9,159 bases of DNA from Fonticula alba ATCC 38817 (Eukaryota > Protista > Nucleariida): assembly GCA_000388065.2 (NCBI GenBank), contig KB932206.1. One strand, written 5' to 3'. Shown piece by piece: positions 6,224 through 9,159 of the stretch. The first letter of the stretch is position 1. Each line of letters begins with the position of its first letter. The notes beneath the pieces were generated by a model. It was not told the DNA's origin and did no database searches. It was given only the letters and a program-made list of their open reading frames with translations. A program made the position numbers and the translations under genes.

Positions 6224-9028
6224 CCCCCCCCCCTCCCGGTGTCCATCGCATGCGGGAGCAGCCAAGCGGGTCATTTTGCCCACCTTCCCGCGGAGCCAAT
6301 CCCTGGGCGCTGAGCCGGCACCGGTGGCCGGCACCCCTCGCGTGTTGGCGGCAGCCGATGCCGCGCATGCGCCGGCCGAGGACATGCCCCCCCGGCAGTC
6401 GCCCTTCCGTGCCCCGGCCACCGGCTCGAGCAGCGCTTTCCGCTCGTCGCTTGATCTGTCGGACGCGCCGGTCGTGGACAGGCCTGCCGATGGGTCGCCG
6501 TCGGTCCCTCCTCCGAAGCAGCCGGCTGCCCCTGTCACTCTCGCGGGTGCCCCGGCGCACCAGGACCTGGTCAGCCAGCTCCAAAGTGCCGAGGCTCGCT
6601 ACTCGGCCCTGCTGGTGTCCTCCGAAGAAACCATCGCCCGGCTGCAGGAGCGCGATCGCCGATCTACCGAGGAGATCCGCCGCTTGGAGGTGCAGATGGC
6701 CAACCAGGCCTCGGCCGAGGCCCGGCGGCTCGGTGAGGAGATCGCCAAGAAGAATAAGGCCCTCAAGGAGTGCGTTCGCAAGTGTTCTTCCCCCCCCCAC
6801 CCCGGTGCCTCGGGCGCCGGGCCACTTCCAGTGCTGACGTTTGTGGTGCGCCTTTTCCATGGCCACAGCCAGGCCGACTCGATCGATCTCCTGGAGCAGG
6901 CCAATCGCACGGCCGCCAGCCAGCTGGCCCTGCTCCAGGCCGAGCATGAGCAGGTCCAGCGCAAGCTGGAGGACACCAGCCAGGCCTTGTCATCGGCCCT
7001 GCTGCGCGTGGAGCTGGACCCGTACCAGCTGTGCATCTCGTCCTACGGCAGCAGCCAGGGGCTCTCGCAAACGGATCTTGCCTGGGCCGAGCGGCACCAG
7101 CTCCATCCGCCGGCGTCGGAAACGGCCGCCGGCTCCTGTCGGGCATCGTCCTCCCTCCTGCCCGGCGGGGGGCCCGGATCGTGCGCTTCGGTGATCGGCG
7201 CCCTGGAGCACGAGCTCCGGGCTCGCGATATGTCCCTTTCGGAGCAGTCTCTGCGTCTGTCGGAGGCGCATCTGGCTCTGGGCTGGGCATCTCCGCCCGC
7301 CGGCGGGCCGGGGGAGGAGATGCTGGAGCTGGCGCTCGAGCAGGTGTCCCAGCTGGAGGCACGCGTTGATGCGTCCGAGCGACAGGTGGCCACCCAGTAC
7401 CAGGCTCTGGTGGAGCTGATGGCCATGCATGGCCAAGTTCGCCGGGTGCTGGAGAGGGAGGCCTTCGCCGGTGATTCGGGCCCCGGGCCATGGCATGAGC
7501 TGCTGTCCGTGGCCACGCTGCTGGTCCGACGGTCGGACAAGCTTTTCGCCCTGCTGGCGGAGGTGGAGGCCGCGCGCGGCTGCCCAGCCCAGCGGGACTC
7601 GGCGATGGCCGACGGCGAGCCACCCGTCGAGTCTCCTCCGGGGCAGGAGGAGGCCCGCACTTCGAGCCGAGCCGATGTCCTGGCCTTGGAGAATCGCTCT
7701 CTGCGGAACCAGCTTTCTGACCATCATCTCGGATTGGGGATCCTGGAGGGGCAATTGCTCGAGGCCGAGCGGCGGAAGGACGAGCTTGCCAGCGAGCTGA
7801 GGCGCTCGGAGGGCCTTCGTGTCGAGTTTGCCGGCAAGCTGGAGGATGTGCAGCAGCAGCATGCCGCCCTGACGGAGGAGCTTCACCGGGTCAAGGAGCA
7901 GCATTCACAGGCGCAGCAGCATCAGCAGGAGCAGCATGCCCAGATGGCGAAGCAGCTCGAGCAATCGGAGCTGCAGTGCTCGGGACTGATGTCGCGGCTT
8001 GACACGTCGGCGCAAGGCGAAGCGGATTTGGCCGGGCGGGTCGGCCAGCTTGAGGCCGAATGTGCCGCTTTGCAGCGGCAGCGCCAGAGCCTGGACCAAG
8101 ATCTTCAGCATGCCGAGGGGAGGTACCAGGCTCTCGCGCGGGAGCATGATGATCTTGTCGCGCGGCATGGCGCCCTCGCCGATCAGTATGCGGCCCTGGT
8201 CAGCCAACATGACGAGCTCACCCAGACACATACGGAGCTCACCCAGACACACGAGGAGCTCACCCAGACACACGAGGAGCTCAGCAAGGCACACGCGGAG
8301 CTCAGCAAGGCACACGAGGAGCTCAGCAAGACACACGAGGAGCTCAGCAAGACACACGCGGAGCTCACTGAGCGCCATGCCAACCTGTTCCAACAGCATG
8401 CGGCGCAGGCCGAGCAGCACACCAGCCTCGCCAGCCAGCATGAGAGCCTCTCCAGCCAGCACGGGAGCCTTGTCAGCCAGCATGCGAGCCTCTCCGATCA
8501 GCATGCGGCGCTCCTTGAGCAGCACCAGGCCCTGGTCCAGGAACACCAGCAGGCCGATGCGCTAATTGGCCAGCTCAAGCAGCAGCAGCAGCACCTGCTC
8601 GACTCGCTTCCCGAGGTGATGACCTTCCTGGCGCACATGGAAACCACCGTGGCCGACCTTCGGGGGCACTTGCCAGCTGCGGCGGCGGCGGCGGCGGCNN
8701 NNNNNNNNTCTCTCTCCCCTCCCCCCCCCCCCCCCCCCCCCCCCATGCGCCTCGCCGTCTCTCCACCCCCTTCACTTCGCTCCCACATCTCTGCGGCCCA
8801 TCCTTCTGTGCCCCCTTTCCTCTGCCCTCGCCAATCGCGCACGTGGATGCACCTGCACGATGTCTAGCCATTGGGCCGGGTCGCGGACATTTCAGTCCAG
8901 CCTGGACGATGAGGCGGCCGACCCGTCGGCTGGCTCGCTGCGCCAGCCCTTTTCGGCCCTGTTGTTGAATGCCGGCGGGGCGTCTTCCCGATCGGCGTCG
9001 GATGCCGCCTCTCGGGAGCAGCATGCCG
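6224..9028 (+). CDS. Long coiled-coil protein, partial at both ends; exons ~6224/6262..6769, 6869..~8698, ~8868..9028, continuing beyond the window
   Basis: The frame of ORF 6276..8867 is open from the gap onward and encodes E/Q/L/A/R-rich heptad segments (e.g. LVSQLQSAEARYSALLVSSEETIARLQERD, LQRQRQSLDQDLQHAEGRYQAL). The TTG at 6276 is not a credible eukaryotic start. The post-8867 exon reads HWAGSRTFQSSLDDEAADPSAGSLRQPFSALLLNAGGASSRSASDAASREQHA and ends at a GTACGC donor. I recognise no family. Confidence 0.8.
6770..6868 (+). other. 99-nt in-frame intron in gene 3 (phase 2)
   Basis: Donor GTGCGT, C-rich body, branch TGCTGAC at 6832-6838, acceptor CCACAG. Removal fuses KKNKALK-D-QADSIDLLEQ into a continuous coiled coil. 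Confidence 0.82.
8214..8381 (+). repeat. Coding 21-nt tandem repeat, 8 units (GAGCTCAcC/gCcAG/aAGa/gCACACGa/cG), encoding ELTQTHE/ELSKAHA-type heptads
   Basis: Units start at 8214, 8235, 8256, 8277, 8298, 8319, 8340 and 8361, each beginning GAGCTCA. A related degenerate block (AGCCTx...CAGCAy) spans 8424-8507. Confidence 0.93.
8699..8708. other. Assembly gap (10 N placeholder)
   Basis: N run between a (GCG)n coding repeat and a CT/poly-C tract. Confidence 0.99.
8709..8867 (+). other. 3' part of an intron in gene 3 whose donor is lost in the gap
   Basis: Pyrimidine/poly-C tract with no AG from 8709 until the TAG at 8865-8867. An alternative CAG acceptor at 8893-8895 leads into the same reading frame. 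Confidence 0.68.
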
Positions 9029-9159
9029 GTACGCGGCGGCCCCCGGCCCGCATGGCGTTTGCCCTTCCGGCTGCTGGCCTCCCACGAGTGCCATGGGTCA
9101 CACGCGCGCACACACACACACACGCACACAAGGGGGGACTAACCATCGACCGCCACCCA
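9029..9159 (+). other. Intron of gene 3, truncated by the window end
   Basis: G|GTACGC donor, (CA)n body, branch GACTAAC at 9137-9143. The window ends ...CCACCCA, possibly one base short of a CAG acceptor. Confidence 0.72.
9109..9130. repeat. Intronic (CA)n microsatellite
   Basis: Read directly, with one CG interruption. Confidence 0.85.

Noticed and set aside
8214-8381. 21-nt repeat array as CRISPR or a mobile-element repeat
   Set aside because: The units are head-to-tail with no spacers, in frame within a eukaryotic CDS, and there are no cas or transposase genes.
8616-8621. GAG|GTGATG as the missing donor of gene 3
   Set aside because: It does not match GTNYGY, and the following VMTFLAHMETTVADLRGHL continues the amphipathic helix with coding-like codons.
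6276-8698. Gene 3 as a myosin heavy-chain tail functionally clustered with the light chain
   Set aside because: No motor domain or IQ motifs are visible and the coiled coil is interrupted by long disordered segments. Eukaryotic gene adjacency alone is not evidence of linkage.
2598-9146. Numerous long minus-strand and off-frame ORFs over genes 2 and 3
   Set aside because: These are expected in very GC-rich, stop-poor DNA. The translations are R/G/P-rich without recognisable domains, and the splice signals identified all point to the + strand.

Overview
This is GC-rich eukaryotic genomic DNA with spliceosomal introns and two assembly gaps (5849-6223 and 8699-8708). The ORF track is therefore misleading and gene models were rebuilt by hand from splice signals. 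Three + strand genes are supported. (1) A 4-exon, 146-aa Cdc4/Mlc1-type myosin essential light chain, join(197..199,394..409,539..931,1132..1160). (2) A 3-exon, 825-aa unidentified protein, join(2474..2585,2735..4923,5046..5222), with a short folded-looking N-terminus, a long P/S/A/G-rich disordered body and a C-terminal hydrophobic helix (probable tail anchor) that appears only after splicing. (3) A long coiled-coil protein, partial at both ends (~6224..6769, 6869..~8698, ~8868..9028), containing 20 consecutive heptads with a His/Leu core, partly encoded by a 21-nt tandem repeat. Splice signals are distinctive: donors are GTNYGY with C at +4 in 6 of 7, and yeast-like branch points mostly lie 30-90 nt from the acceptor. 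The fission-yeast-like light chain, poly-C introns and GC content suggest a fungal-related opisthokont such as Fonticula; this is an unverified inference. No mobile element, structural RNA gene or CRISPR array was seen. The best leads are the His-core coiled coil, the tail-anchored disordered protein with a LIR-like motif, and the unusual donor consensus. None is demonstrated to be a new system.
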